Part shown: one piece after another, positions 1 through 10,582 of the stretch | Numbering within the stretch: position 1 is the first letter of the stretch | How the letters are laid out: each line of letters opens with the position of its first letter | Assembly: GCF_947253065.1 (NCBI RefSeq) | Contig: NZ_CAMXWS010000003.1 | Location: forward strand, 19,954 to 83,953 | Source of the DNA: an uncultured Corynebacterium sp. | Lineage (GTDB): Bacteria; Actinomycetota; Actinomycetes; Mycobacteriales; Mycobacteriaceae | DNA: 64,000 nt | Direction of reading: 5' to 3' | Translations under genes and position numbers: made by a program | The notes under the pieces: generated by a model | What the model was told of the DNA's origin: nothing | Database searches by the model: none | The model's input: only the letters and a program-made list of their open reading frames with translations

Positions 1-24
1 CATTTCCCAGGAAAAGAGTGGACA

Positions 25-453
25 TTGAACACGGCTTTCGGGGGATCACAGGGGTACAGTTACGGCATGAGCACTGCGCAGTCTGATTTCTCCGGAGCCG
101 AAGATGTTCCGGAACGAATAGTCGTCAACGACGGGCGACTGGAATATTTCGTCCGCGCGAATGACCGTTGGGAAGAGATTCCCGAGCGGCTCATCGAGGA
201 CTGGGAAGCGATGGAGAAACTCATCGCCTATTACGAGAGCATTTGGCGTGACGACGTCCGCGATTTCCCCGAAGCCCAGTTTGGCGTGCTCTCCGAAGAC
301 GGCGTATGGAACGAGATGGGGCGTTTCTACCAGTCGATGAAGGAGATCGCGGAGACAGCGACCCGGATTGTCCGCGAATATGAGCAGGACAATGACCCGG
401 AAGTCGATCCGGGCACCATCATTGACGACGATGAGGGAACCGAGGAGCCCTAA
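25..453 (+). CDS. hypothetical protein with acidic C-terminus
   Basis: Complete ORF with ATG start. No recognisable motif. Confidence 0.4.
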   Translation: MNTAFGGSQGYSYGMSTAQSDFSGAEDVPERIVVNDGRLEYFVRANDRWEEIPERLIEDWEAMEKLIAYYESIWRDDVRDFPEAQFGVLSEDGVWNEMGRFYQSMKEIAETATRIVREYEQDNDPEVDPGTIIDDDEGTEEP

Positions 454-470
454 GCCTCAAGGCACGCCGG

Positions 471-1835
471 CTACTGGTCCACTGGAGTGAGCGTGACATC
501 GGCGGCCTGCTCCATCGCCTGTTCCTCGCCCAGACGCTCCATGGTCTCATCGGTCACGTCACTGGCATCGACTTCGATGCTGTCCTGGTTACCAGTCGGT
601 GCCGGGGCGCTGCGGAATGTCGCGGTGTCCTTCGGGTTGATGCCGAAGAAGGTGTCCAAGCCCTTCACGTTGAATTGCGTGGACATGTAGCGAGAGTTGG
701 TCGCGGTATTCCACTGGGAGACAACAAGGTCCATGTTGTCCAGGGTGGAGCCGGGCACGATGTATCCGCCGTAGAGCTGGGTGAAGTTATTCTCGTTCTG
801 CTTGCCACCCCAGCCTTTATCGCCAGCGACGACGACGCGTGCGGGCTTGATGGAATTCCAATCGCGGGCGATCGTTTCCGAAATGCGCACCTCGATGGAG
901 CGGGTCTGCTCATTGAACATGGCCAACACCCAGTGGTCCTCGATGCGGCGCAGCGACATTTCGCCGGCGCGGACATTGGTGGACAGGATCGGGGTGCGGT
1001 CGTGGCCCCAGCCGCCGGTCTTTGGGTTGTACTGCTCCCAAGCAGCGCGGTTAGCCATCTGCTCTTCACGGAAACGGGAGAGGTAAACAGGGCTATCGCG
1101 GCGGAAATCAGAGGAGACAACGTAGATATATCCGTCGGGGCCCTTCTCCCAACTGATCAGGTTGCCCATGCCACTCATGTAGCGGTTGCTGGTGCGACCA
1201 ACGGAGGTCCAACTGGCGCCGAGGTCAGTGGACTTCCAGATCTGGGTTTCCTGCACATTGCCGATTCCCTTATTCCACATGCCCTGCATGTAAAGGGTTC
1301 CGTCGAGGTTGATCACATCAGACGGAATGAGTGTGAGCATGTCGTTGTGCTTGTAGTCGATGAGCTGGTCGACGTGCTCATCATCGTTAAGCGGGCGAGT
1401 GAATTTGATGCGGCCGTTTTCATCCATCTGCGCCACGAGCCCGACAGGGCTGAGCCAATCGCCGGTGCCGAAACGATTACCCGTGAATGAATCACCGAAG
1501 ATGACGGCGAAGTCTTTATTCACCAGTGGCACCATGATGCCCAGATCCACGACACCAAGCCCGGAGGGCGTTTGGTGGTTGCCCAGCAGGTCACCGATCA
1601 TTTTCACATCGAGGCCGTCGCTGATTTTGCTCCACGGATTCGTCTGCGGCGCAGGAGCAGGACCACGCTTCGAAGACAGTGAGCTTCCGGAGCTCAAAGA
1701 GCTAAGCGAGCTTGTCGACGACAGTCCCTGTGCCTCAGCTGTCACCGGTGCCATTGTCGAAACTGTGAGTACCCCAGCGAGAGCGGTAGGAACAATAGCA
1801 GTAGCGGGGACAAGAATGCGGCGACTAAAGCGCAT
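471..1835 (-). CDS. secreted DUF4185-like (sialidase/beta-propeller-like) protein
   Basis: The track ORF is 471..1970. The start chosen here is the internal Met (MRFSRRILVPATA...) that opens a signal-peptide-like segment followed by a Ser-rich linker. The body resembles the DUF4185 family. Confidence 0.5.
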   Translation of the reverse strand: MRFSRRILVPATAIVPTALAGVLTVSTMAPVTAEAQGLSSTSSLSSLSSGSSLSSKRGPAPAPQTNPWSKISDGLDVKMIGDLLGNHQTPSGLGVVDLGIMVPLVNKDFAVIFGDSFTGNRFGTGDWLSPVGLVAQMDENGRIKFTRPLNDDEHVDQLIDYKHNDMLTLIPSDVINLDGTLYMQGMWNKGIGNVQETQIWKSTDLGASWTSVGRTSNRYMSGMGNLISWEKGPDGYIYVVSSDFRRDSPVYLSRFREEQMANRAAWEQYNPKTGGWGHDRTPILSTNVRAGEMSLRRIEDHWVLAMFNEQTRSIEVRISETIARDWNSIKPARVVVAGDKGWGGKQNENNFTQLYGGYIVPGSTLDNMDLVVSQWNTATNSRYMSTQFNVKGLDTFFGINPKDTATFRSAPAPTGNQDSIEVDASDVTDETMERLGEEQAMEQAADVTLTPVDQ

Positions 1836-1923
1836 AAGAAGGCTCGTTTCGATTGAGGACGCACAGGGCGCAGAAATAGGTGAAGCGGAAAGGACCGACA
1901 GCGGAACTGTAGCAAAAAGTGAG

Positions 1924-3036
1924 CTAGTCGTCTTTGCGGTGACGGCCGGTGTACTCCTGCGGAGCCACATTGTCCTTGCTGTGCTTCGGGCCGTTCTGAT
2001 TACGGCGTGCCCTGCGCAGCCGGACTTTTTCTACCTCGGTCAGGTAGGCCTCGCTGGAAGCTGCTTCACCGTCATTACCGGTATCTGCCGGGGCGAAATC
2101 GACCAAAGCCGGGAAGTACTGCGTTGGTGCATCATCCTCGGTTGCAGTGGCACCGGCATAGACCGGGGCAACGGTCCGCTCACCAGTGCCGGGGTAGACC
2201 CAGTCTTCCGGGTCGATGGCAGCAGCCAGATCCACGGTGATGACAAAGGAGCCGTCGTCGAAGTAGTAGACCTCTGGGTTAGGGATTTCCAATTCGGGGC
2301 CGTCTGGCAATGGCAGTGGTGGGAGAGTGCGGACGGGGAATGCACCACGGTTGCGGGTGACGTCCACACTGATGGTGCCGTCCACTGCCCATGCGCGTGC
2401 CTTGACATCAGATCCTTGCGAAAACAGCGCGGCGATCTTCTCGCGGATCGGGCCAGCATGGTTGCTATCCAATGTGCCTAGGACACGACCACCGCACGTG
2501 ACCACCACGGTGTGGCCATGCAAATGTAATCCCACGAGCCACTGGCCAGGGGACATCAGCATGGTTTCTGCAGCGGTGAATTCGCCATCGGCGACGTGCA
2601 CGTATACAGGTGCTTCGCCCGGGCCAGTGCCGGGCAGAAGAAGTGCGCCGGGCAGGAGATTATTGCGCGGAATGCACATCGTCGCTGGTGCGAGCTGCAC
2701 GACAACGTTGTGGGTTTCGGCGGAAGAGTTATAGGAAATCAGGGCTTGGGCGGTGGGGACAAGTCCTGCGTCGTGAAGCGTGTCTACACTGCGGTACGGC
2801 GCGCGGTCATGGGCGCTGATGTCTCCGATGATGCCGCCAAAAGCGTCTGGCCAACGGACACGCCATGTGCCATTGATCGGGTCTGGCTCCAGCTCAACGG
2901 TGGTGACCATGGGTGCGTATGCATCGGGCGTGCCAGCGAATTCGAATAGCGTGGCAGAGACTAAATTGCCCACGCTGAGCTCGGTGCCGCCACCGAGGGC
3001 GGTCGGGGCGAGCGGATAGCGGGGCAGTGGTTCCAT
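1924..3036 (-). CDS. conserved hypothetical protein
   Basis: 370-aa ORF in a coding-dense context. No motif recognised. Confidence 0.4.
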   Translation of the reverse strand: MEPLPRYPLAPTALGGGTELSVGNLVSATLFEFAGTPDAYAPMVTTVELEPDPINGTWRVRWPDAFGGIIGDISAHDRAPYRSVDTLHDAGLVPTAQALISYNSSAETHNVVVQLAPATMCIPRNNLLPGALLLPGTGPGEAPVYVHVADGEFTAAETMLMSPGQWLVGLHLHGHTVVVTCGGRVLGTLDSNHAGPIREKIAALFSQGSDVKARAWAVDGTISVDVTRNRGAFPVRTLPPLPLPDGPELEIPNPEVYYFDDGSFVITVDLAAAIDPEDWVYPGTGERTVAPVYAGATATEDDAPTQYFPALVDFAPADTGNDGEAASSEAYLTEVEKVRLRRARRNQNGPKHSKDNVAPQEYTGRHRKDD

Positions 3037-3109
3037 GGCCCTCGACCTTAGCGCGATCGAGTGGCAGAACTTGGGCGCGCCACTCGTGGGTGCGTGGAAA
3101 GCGGACGCT

Positions 3110-4027
3110 CTAGTCCTTCTTGAGGGGCTTGCTGACGATCTCCACGATGCCGAAGACGAGGAAGCCGACGATCAAGCCAACAACGGTGGACCCAGCGGTA
3201 TCCACCAACCAGCCGAGCATGCCGCCGCCGACAGATTCAGAGGCTTGGGCAAGCACGTCGTGGGGCCAGTGCCAACCGAAGACTTCGCCCAGACCACGAA
3301 TGATCAAGTGGCCACCGACCCACAGCATGGCAACAGTGCCGATGATGCCGATCGCCTTGAGCACGTACGGCATGCCCTTCACAAGAGCACGGCCGACGCC
3401 TGGAGCATTATCGCGTTCGATCATGCCCAGGCCGATATCGTCCACCTTCACCAGCAACGCGACGGCGCCGTACACAGCCGCGGTGATGAATAGTGCCACT
3501 GCGACGAGCACCATGAATTCCATCATGAAGGGCTGGTCAGCAACCTCATCGAGGGAGATGATCATGATCTCAGCAGAAAGAATCAGGTCGGTCGTCACAG
3601 CGCGTTTGACCAGTGTGTCTTCGCTTTCAGGACTGCGGTTCACCGCGCGGTCCTGTTGCTCCTCCTCGTTGTGGAGGAATTTATCGGCGATCTTTTCCGC
3701 ACCCTCGAAGCACAGGTAAGTGCCACCGATCATGAGGATCGGCACCAGCGCCCAGGGCGCGACCGCATTGAGCAAAAGCGCGATCGGAAGGATGATCAGC
3801 AGCTTATTGCGCAGCGAGCCTTTGGTGATCTTCCAAATGATCGGCAGTTCGCGTGCCGGGGTCACTCCCGTGACATACTGCGGGGTCACCGCCGCGTCGT
3901 CGATGACAACACCTGCGGCCTTGGTCGAGGTTTTCGCGGTCATTGTGGCCACATCGTCCATGCTGGAGGCAGCAGTTTTGGCGATGAGGGCAACGTCGTC
4001 AAGCAGTGCAAGGAGACCGCCAGCCAT
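3110..4027 (-). CDS. DUF808 (YedI-like) inner membrane protein
   Basis: N-terminal MAGGLLALLDDVA... and multiple hydrophobic helices typical of the DUF808 family. Confidence 0.6.
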   Translation of the reverse strand: MAGGLLALLDDVALIAKTAASSMDDVATMTAKTSTKAAGVVIDDAAVTPQYVTGVTPARELPIIWKITKGSLRNKLLIILPIALLLNAVAPWALVPILMIGGTYLCFEGAEKIADKFLHNEEEQQDRAVNRSPESEDTLVKRAVTTDLILSAEIMIISLDEVADQPFMMEFMVLVAVALFITAAVYGAVALLVKVDDIGLGMIERDNAPGVGRALVKGMPYVLKAIGIIGTVAMLWVGGHLIIRGLGEVFGWHWPHDVLAQASESVGGGMLGWLVDTAGSTVVGLIVGFLVFGIVEIVSKPLKKD

Positions 4028-4106
4028 GTGCGGGCCTTTCTGTTGGGGAAGTGCGTTCGATCAACAAATCTTAATGTGCGGAGCAGCTTTGGGTAGGGTG
4101 TGATCC

Positions 4107-4463
4107 ATGTCAGAAACCGTGACCTCGACCGCGCGCGTGCGCCTGGGCAGCCCAGCACGTTACGGCAAGCTGTTGGCTCATCACTTTGAGCAGCTTATCG
4201 ACGCCACATGGGACCCCGAGACTGCCAAAGGGTCTTTCACTTTTTCCGCCGAGGACTCGCAGAATGAGTCATGTGATTCGGCGACATGCGATGTGATCGC
4301 CACTGAGGGCGTGCTCATGCTGAGCGTTGAAGGTCCAGAGCCCGCCGTGGAAAACGCGGAACGTCAGATGGCCTCACAGTTGATTCATCTAGCTCAAGAT
4401 GAAGACGTGGTTGTCGAATTCGCCCGTGGTGATAAGGGCTTGGTGCGGTTTACCAGCGCTTAA
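4107..4463 (+). CDS. hypothetical protein
   Basis: 118-aa ORF. Contains one copy of the 11-mer repeat, in frame as LID. Confidence 0.4.
   Translation: MSETVTSTARVRLGSPARYGKLLAHHFEQLIDATWDPETAKGSFTFSAEDSQNESCDSATCDVIATEGVLMLSVEGPEPAVENAERQMASQLIHLAQDEDVVVEFARGDKGLVRFTSA
4193..4203 (+). repeat. 11-mer GCTTATCGACG copy
   Basis: Exact match. In frame as Q-L-I-D-A in the hypothetical gene at 4107..4463. Confidence 0.9.
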
Positions 4464-5089
4464 ATTGCAGCAGGGGTGAGTTCTACCTCATCTGCCCATG
4501 TCAGGTCGATGCCCTGCGCGCGGAGCCATTCCATCGCATCATCATCGTGGCGAGTAATGCCTTCAACAGCATTGAGCGTTGCATCAATCGCGCGCTCGGC
4601 TTCTTCAGCCGTGATGAAACCAGCTGAGGTGGCTGCAGCCAGTTCGTCGATATCGAGAACATCGACTGCCTCTCCCCGAACGGCCACGAGGTCGACGTAC
4701 AAGTCGCGTGTGCGCCAGACTTCGCCCTCGACATCGATATCAGCGATATCAAAGTAGTAGTCCTGCTCCACCTCGACGCCTTCGCGGAAGTGGAAGATAT
4801 TGGCACGCAGATTCAGCTTGGGCAGCAGCCAGCTTTCCAGGTAGCCGAATTTCGGGTGATTCGCGCCGCGTGCCATGTAAAGGCCGAAGTCTGTGACCCG
4901 GAAGGTATCCACATCACGCAGGTACCCCTTCGGGTCGGTGTTGATCTTTGATGTCGTGTCAAAGGTTTCCTGCTTGACTGGGTGAAGGTCAGGCGCGAAT
5001 TCGCTGTTGGCTTTATAGGCGCTGTTGCCGCTGCCTACCGTGGCTGCTGTCATGTCCTTCACCTGCCGTTCGTCTTTATGCGCATTCAT
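4460..5089 (-). CDS. DUF402-family protein
   Basis: C-terminal acidic beta-rich region resembles DUF402. The assignment is tentative. Confidence 0.45.
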   Translation of the reverse strand: MNAHKDERQVKDMTAATVGSGNSAYKANSEFAPDLHPVKQETFDTTSKINTDPKGYLRDVDTFRVTDFGLYMARGANHPKFGYLESWLLPKLNLRANIFHFREGVEVEQDYYFDIADIDVEGEVWRTRDLYVDLVAVRGEAVDVLDIDELAAATSAGFITAEEAERAIDATLNAVEGITRHDDDAMEWLRAQGIDLTWADEVELTPAAI

Positions 5090-5097
5090 GGGCTTAT

Positions 5098-5796
5098 CTA
5101 CTTCACCGTCACGCTCAGTGCCGTCGGGGCGAAACCGCAGCTGCGGCCGCCGGTATTGACAGCTCCAGAGACAACCGCCAATACCGTGCCGGAGCCCGTA
5201 TTGGCCACGTTGGAGAGCGTTGCCGGTCCTGTTGGGTTTATCCCTTTGTTATGAAGCGGCGTTACACCACTGCGAAGATTGGACAGGTTGATCCAGTGGA
5301 CACGCATCGCTCCTTGCTGGGCGGATGCAGGTTTTGTACCCAAAGCTGTGAATACAAAAGTGGTCTGTCCAGCCTTCGGTGCTGGCACTGGAATGCGGGC
5401 AGGACCGGGCACGGCAAGGAAAGATCCGGTGGAGTGCATGCCTGCGCCCATGCAGTTGGGAGAGACTGTCGGCCAGAATCCTTGGCGGAAAGCTGGGCCG
5501 TTTTGGGGGAGTCCCGGGCCACCTGGCTCGCCGGTTCCAGCGGCGAAGGCCAGGCCGTTTAGCAGGGCATCGCGCACCGGAGCGGGCACGCCGGGATGAT
5601 TGGCGAAGTCCTTGACGGCGCGTTGCACCTGCGGGGTTGGGCGGCCGAGCGGGTCCACGACCTGAGAGGGTAGGGAGGACAGTGAAGATGGGGTCGGCGC
5701 TGCCTGTGCAGGGGAGATGGCACTGGGTCCGAGAATCGTGCCAGCGGTGAGGGCGACAGACAAAGCAAGCGTGCGTGCAGCGGTTGCTATCTTCAA
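5098..5796 (-). CDS. secreted hypothetical protein
   Basis: N-terminal signal peptide MKIATAARTLALSVALTAG... followed by a Pro-rich region. Confidence 0.5.
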   Translation of the reverse strand: MKIATAARTLALSVALTAGTILGPSAISPAQAAPTPSSLSSLPSQVVDPLGRPTPQVQRAVKDFANHPGVPAPVRDALLNGLAFAAGTGEPGGPGLPQNGPAFRQGFWPTVSPNCMGAGMHSTGSFLAVPGPARIPVPAPKAGQTTFVFTALGTKPASAQQGAMRVHWINLSNLRSGVTPLHNKGINPTGPATLSNVANTGSGTVLAVVSGAVNTGGRSCGFAPTALSVTVK

Positions 5797-6031
5797 CGAA
5801 ACTATCCTTAGCTGAGGGAAAATAACGTTACAACTTTAGCAACTGTAGTCACATATATGACTTCCGCAACATCAATCGCATCAGTTTCTTGATTTTTCTT
5901 TGGTGTCAAGGGTCTTAACTGGACGGAAAGTCCATGTAGTTTTGATATCGCACGTAAGGCCCTATGGGAGTAGGGTTTAACCGTTCAACTGCCATAAAGC
6001 AGTACGCCTATTCAAAGGAGCAGACGAAGAA

Positions 6032-7948
6032 GTGTCGCACCCTGAGTTCCGTAACGTCGCCATCGTCGCCCACGTCGACCATGGCAAGACCACTCTCGTC
6101 AACGGCATGCTGGAGCAGTCCGGCGCGTTCGGCGATCACGGCGAGGTTGCAGACCGCGTCATGGATTCCGGTGATCTCGAATCCGAACGTGGCATCACGA
6201 TTTTGGCGAAGAACACGTCCATTCGTCGTAAAGGCCTCGGCAAAGATGGCCGCGACCTGGTGATCAACGTCATTGACACCCCGGGCCACGCGGACTTCGG
6301 CGGAGAGGTCGAGCGCGGCCTTTCCATGGTCGACGGCGTTGTCCTGCTTATCGACGCCTCCGAAGGCCCCCTTCCGCAGACCCGCTTCGTGCTGGGCAAG
6401 GCGCTCGAGGCGAAGAAGCCTGTGATCATCTGCGTGAACAAGACCGACCGTCCGGACGCGCGTATCGACGAAGTCGTAGAAGAAGCCCAGGACCTGCTCC
6501 TCGAGCTCGGCGCCGGCCTTGAGGATCCGGAAGCTGCCGAAGCGGCTGAGAACCTGCTTGAGCTGCCGGTGCTCTACGCCTCCGGTCGTGCTGGCCGCGC
6601 TTCGTTCAACAACCCTGGCAACGGCGAGCTGCCGGACAACGATGATCTTCAGCCGCTCTTCGACGTCATCTACGACGTCCTCCCAGAGCCGTCCGCAGAT
6701 ATCGACGCACCTTTCCAGGCCCAGGTCACCAACTTGGACTCCTCTTCCTTCCTCGGTCGTATCGCGCTTGTTCGTGTGCACCGCGGCTCGGTAAAGAAGG
6801 GCGACCAGGTCGCTTGGGTGCACTACGACGCGGAAGGCGAGCAGCACGTCAAGAACGTCAAGATCGCTGAGCTGCTGGTCACCGAGGGGCTCGAGCGCGT
6901 TCCGGCGCAGGGCGAAGTCGTAGCAGGCGATATCGCTGCTGTCTCCGGTATCGACGAGATCATGATCGGTGACACCCTTTGTGATCCGGAGAATGTCGAG
7001 CCGCGCCCGCGCATCAAGATTGATGACCCGGCGATCTCCATGACCATCGGTGTGAACACCTCTCCGATGGCTGGTCGTGGTGGTGGCGACAAGCTCACTG
7101 CCCGCATGGTCAAGGCGCGTCTGGATCAGGAGCTGATCGGTAATGTCTCCATCAAGGTGCTGCCGACCGAACGTCCGGATGCTTGGGAGGTTCAGGGCCG
7201 TGGCGAGATGGCGCTGACCGTCCTGATTGAAACGATGCGTCGTGAAGGCTTTGAGCTGACCGTGGGCAAGCCGCAGGTTGTTACTAAGGAGATCGACGGC
7301 AAGATCCACGAGCCGTACGACCACATGGTCATTGACACTCCGTCTGAGTACCAGGGCGCTGTCACCCAGCTGATGGCCAGCCGCAAGGGGCAGATGACCG
7401 CGATGGGCAATGCAGGCTCCGGCGACTGGGTGCGCATGGAATTTGATGTTCCGTCCCGTGGCCTCATCGGCTTCCGCACGACCTTCCTTACTGAGACTCA
7501 TGGTGCTGGTATTGCTAACTCGTACTCCATCGAGCACCGCCCGTGGGCGGGTGAGATCAAGGGTCGTCCGACGGGCTCGCTTGTCGCTGACCGTTCCGGC
7601 CAGGTCACCTCGTACGCGCTGATGCAGCTCGCTGACCGCGGCAACTTCTTCGTGGAACCCGGCGCTGAGACCTACGAGGGCATGGTCGTTGGTGCGAATA
7701 ACCGTGATGAGGACATGGACGTCAACATCACTAAGGAGAAGAAGCTGACCAATATGCGTGCTGCTTCGGCGGACACTACGGTCACCTTGGCGAAGGCGAA
7801 GTCTCTGTCACTCGATGAGGCCATCGAATTCTGTGATGACGACGAATGCGTTGAGGTCACCCCGGACGTCATGCGCGTGCGCAAGGTCATCCTGAATGCC
7901 ACCGAGCGTGGTCGTGCTCGTTCCCGCGCTAAGCAGATGAACAAGTAG
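6032..7948 (+). CDS. typA: translational GTPase TypA/BipA
   Basis: GTG start preceded by AAAGGAG. G1 motif AHVDHGKTT, DTPGHADF, NKTD. Full-length (638 aa) EF-G-like architecture. Confidence 0.95.
   Translation: MSHPEFRNVAIVAHVDHGKTTLVNGMLEQSGAFGDHGEVADRVMDSGDLESERGITILAKNTSIRRKGLGKDGRDLVINVIDTPGHADFGGEVERGLSMVDGVVLLIDASEGPLPQTRFVLGKALEAKKPVIICVNKTDRPDARIDEVVEEAQDLLLELGAGLEDPEAAEAAENLLELPVLYASGRAGRASFNNPGNGELPDNDDLQPLFDVIYDVLPEPSADIDAPFQAQVTNLDSSSFLGRIALVRVHRGSVKKGDQVAWVHYDAEGEQHVKNVKIAELLVTEGLERVPAQGEVVAGDIAAVSGIDEIMIGDTLCDPENVEPRPRIKIDDPAISMTIGVNTSPMAGRGGGDKLTARMVKARLDQELIGNVSIKVLPTERPDAWEVQGRGEMALTVLIETMRREGFELTVGKPQVVTKEIDGKIHEPYDHMVIDTPSEYQGAVTQLMASRKGQMTAMGNAGSGDWVRMEFDVPSRGLIGFRTTFLTETHGAGIANSYSIEHRPWAGEIKGRPTGSLVADRSGQVTSYALMQLADRGNFFVEPGAETYEGMVVGANNRDEDMDVNITKEKKLTNMRAASADTTVTLAKAKSLSLDEAIEFCDDDECVEVTPDVMRVRKVILNATERGRARSRAKQMNK
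6346..6356 (+). repeat. 11-mer GCTTATCGACG copy
   Basis: Exact match. L-L-I-D-A in typA. Confidence 0.9.
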
Positions 7949-7985
7949 CGGTAAATAGCGGGAGGGTCGCCGAGATGCAGTAGCA

Positions 7986-9698
7986 TTGACCCTCATGCGC
8001 ACCCCCAGTTGCAGAACTACTACGGCGAGGATTCTCGCCCCGGTTCTTGCTCTGGGGGTGCTGTCGTCTTTGGTGTCGTGTTCCGCGCAACCTGGCCCGC
8101 CGCCAATCGTTGAGGAAGAAGAACAGGAAACAACGGAGACGACCAGCACGACGGAGCAGCCCGCGACACGCTCTCAAGCGAATGTGGGCATCCAGCCACT
8201 GCGCAATGGTCTCAACCCGCACCTTGTGGCTGATGAGAATTCCACGGTGCGTGATGTTGCTGAGTTGACGCTGCCGAGCGCATTTCACGCCGGCAAGCTC
8301 AATACCGACTTGTTGGAATCAGCCGAGGTGCTCGATGCTGAAGACAACGAGGTGCCAGACGCGCCTGCAATGACAGTGCGGTATGTGATCAACCCTGCTG
8401 CGCAGTGGTCAGACGGCAGCCCGATCACGGGCGCGGATTTCGTGTACCTGTGGCGCGGAATCACCTCCACGCCCGGCGCAGTCGCCCCGGCTGGGTACCG
8501 CGCGATTCGGGATGTGCAGGTCACCGGCGGTGGCGGCAAGACCGTGGATGTGCTTTTCGACGAACAGGTGGATACCTGGCCCGACCTTTTCAATTACCTC
8601 CTGCCTTCGCATTTGCTCGACTCGCGTGCAGAGGACTTTGCCACGGCGTTGCGTGACACGATCCCAGCGTCGGCAGGCCGCTACATGGTGGACAATGTCG
8701 ACCGTGGCGCAGGCACGATCGACCTGAACCGAAATGACAGGTTCTGGGGGGCGAACCCGGCAGGCATTGATCTGCTCACGCTCAATTTCGTGCGGTCCAC
8801 GGATCTGACAGCTGATCGGTTGCGCTCAGGGCAGCTCGCTTTCGTCGATCATGTACCGGGGGAGACCTCGTGGGATACATATTCGCTAATCCCAGATGCG
8901 CAGGTCCGGCTCGAGGAAGGTCCGCGTGAGCTCGGCCTCACCTTGTCGGTTGATTCGCCGATTCTTCAGTCGCGCGATGTGCGTACGGAACTCGCATCGC
9001 TAATCGACGTCCCACTCATCGCCCGCATCGCCGCCGGTCGCACCCGCGATCTGGCAGAGGCAGAACCCACCCGTCAGGTCGAGCGTGAGCCTGATGCTCT
9101 GCGCGCTGCAGCAGGGAAGTCCCGTCCATTGCGGATTGCTGCTGATCCCCGCGATGATCAAGCTATGCCAGCAGCTCGAGCACTGGTCGATGTTCTCGTA
9201 CGCGCCGGGGTGTCAGCAGAAGCGGTCGCAGCGGATGCCACCGAGACTGCACAGCGCCTGCGCGCCGGCACTGTCGATGCAACGGTCGCATGGTCGCTCG
9301 ACGGTGGTCCCGGGGTGTGGGCTAGCAAGGTGCAGTGCCCACCAGCGGACGTTGAATACGTCTCGGGGAATTTGAGTGGGTTGTGTTTGGCGTCGACACG
9401 CATGCTTTCCGGCGACATCCTGTCCGGAGAGATTCCTGCAGACCGCGCCAGCGATGTCGTTTCTGACACCTTGCGACGCGAAGCTGTCTGGGTGCCTTTA
9501 TTGTCCGAGCGTCGCATCATGGTCTTAGGCAATGGCATAGAAGGACCCGCCGCACAGCTCGATGAGTGGGGCAGTGGGGTGGCAGGAGCAGCCCAGTGGA
9601 AGCTAGCGGAACCAGTCAATACGGAAGGTGAATCCATAGATGAACGCAGCGAGCCCGATCCCGAACCTGATTCCGATGCCGAGCTCCGAGCCGGCTAA
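7986..9698 (+). CDS. ABC transporter substrate-binding lipoprotein, family 5 (peptide/nickel type)
   Basis: Lipobox LVSCS after a signal peptide. WSDGSPITGADF motif typical of SBP_bac_5. Confidence 0.65.
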   Translation: MTLMRTPSCRTTTARILAPVLALGVLSSLVSCSAQPGPPPIVEEEEQETTETTSTTEQPATRSQANVGIQPLRNGLNPHLVADENSTVRDVAELTLPSAFHAGKLNTDLLESAEVLDAEDNEVPDAPAMTVRYVINPAAQWSDGSPITGADFVYLWRGITSTPGAVAPAGYRAIRDVQVTGGGGKTVDVLFDEQVDTWPDLFNYLLPSHLLDSRAEDFATALRDTIPASAGRYMVDNVDRGAGTIDLNRNDRFWGANPAGIDLLTLNFVRSTDLTADRLRSGQLAFVDHVPGETSWDTYSLIPDAQVRLEEGPRELGLTLSVDSPILQSRDVRTELASLIDVPLIARIAAGRTRDLAEAEPTRQVEREPDALRAAAGKSRPLRIAADPRDDQAMPAARALVDVLVRAGVSAEAVAADATETAQRLRAGTVDATVAWSLDGGPGVWASKVQCPPADVEYVSGNLSGLCLASTRMLSGDILSGEIPADRASDVVSDTLRREAVWVPLLSERRIMVLGNGIEGPAAQLDEWGSGVAGAAQWKLAEPVNTEGESIDERSEPDPEPDSDAELRAG

Positions 9699-10581
9699 GC
9701 GCGCAGTGAAAGGCCCGCGTGATCTCGTTGGTCTGCGCGTCGTAGCAGTGCACGCGCACCCGGATGACGAGTCCATTTCCACCGGCGGTGCTCTCGCACA
9801 CCTCGCGCGACGTGGCGCCGACGTCCTCGTTGTCACCTGCACACTTGGCGAGGAAGGCGAAGTGATCGGGGAGACCTACCAAGGCCTCGTCAACGATGCC
9901 GCTGACCAACTCGGTGGCTTCCGCATCCATGAGCTCTCCCGTGCATTGGAGATCCTCGGCGTCCGCGGCGCATTCCTTGGCGGTGCTGGCCGTTACCGGG
10001 ACTCCGGCATGGCGGGATCACCTGCAAGCCGCAACCCTCGCGCCTTCGTCAACTCCGGCCAGCAAGCCGTCAACGACCTCGTAGACATCTTCGAACGCGA
10101 AGCACCACACCTCGTGCTCACCTATGACGAAAACGGTGGTTACGGCCACCCTGACCACATTCGTGCTCACGAAATCACGCACCTCGCAGCACAACAGGTC
10201 GAGATCCCACGCATCCTCTGGGCAGCGCGCCTGCGTGAAGAACTCGAGGCCAATTTCGCGGAAGACATCCCCGAAGGATGGACCCGCCCCGCGCCGGGCG
10301 AGCTCGACGCTGTCGACACCACCGACACGTGGGTTGAGATGGATGATGTTGTCTACGCTGCCAAAGCCGAAGCCATGAAAGCTCACGCCACGCAGATTTG
10401 GCTTGCCGACGCCTCCGTCACCCTCACCAACCCCCACGCCGCCATCGCTCGCGGCCCAGTGACCACCTATGCATTGTCCAACCTGATCGCCCAACCGATC
10501 ATTCGTCGCGAGCACTACCTACTTGGCGCTGGCATGCCTCTTGAGCACGGCGCAGATATCACCAGCGGCCTGGACTTCTAA
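9640..10581 (+). CDS. mshB: N-acetyl-1-D-myo-inositol-2-amino-2-deoxy-alpha-D-glucopyranoside deacetylase (LmbE family)
   Basis: AHPDDE zinc-binding motif and HPDH motif. The start is uncertain: Met13 at 9676 is an alternative. The ORF overlaps the upstream ORF. Confidence 0.8.
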   Translation: MNAASPIPNLIPMPSSEPAKRAVKGPRDLVGLRVVAVHAHPDDESISTGGALAHLARRGADVLVVTCTLGEEGEVIGETYQGLVNDAADQLGGFRIHELSRALEILGVRGAFLGGAGRYRDSGMAGSPASRNPRAFVNSGQQAVNDLVDIFEREAPHLVLTYDENGGYGHPDHIRAHEITHLAAQQVEIPRILWAARLREELEANFAEDIPEGWTRPAPGELDAVDTTDTWVEMDDVVYAAKAEAMKAHATQIWLADASVTLTNPHAAIARGPVTTYALSNLIAQPIIRREHYLLGAGMPLEHGADITSGLDF

Positions 10582-10582
10582 T

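Noticed and set aside
6008-7537. 509-aa ORF antisense to typA. Similar long antisense ORFs occur at 11005..12159, 13171..14172, 14169..15176, 16645..18606, 19424..20635, 20340..21647, 21691..22827, 31317..33917, 33990..35303, 43075..44451, 44493..45527, 50497..52401, 54986..55927, 58191..59750 and 62591..63583.
   Set aside because: All lie opposite well-supported conserved genes. In high-GC DNA the antisense frame of a coding region is depleted of stop codons, and their translations are low-complexity Arg/Ala/Gly/Pro-rich.
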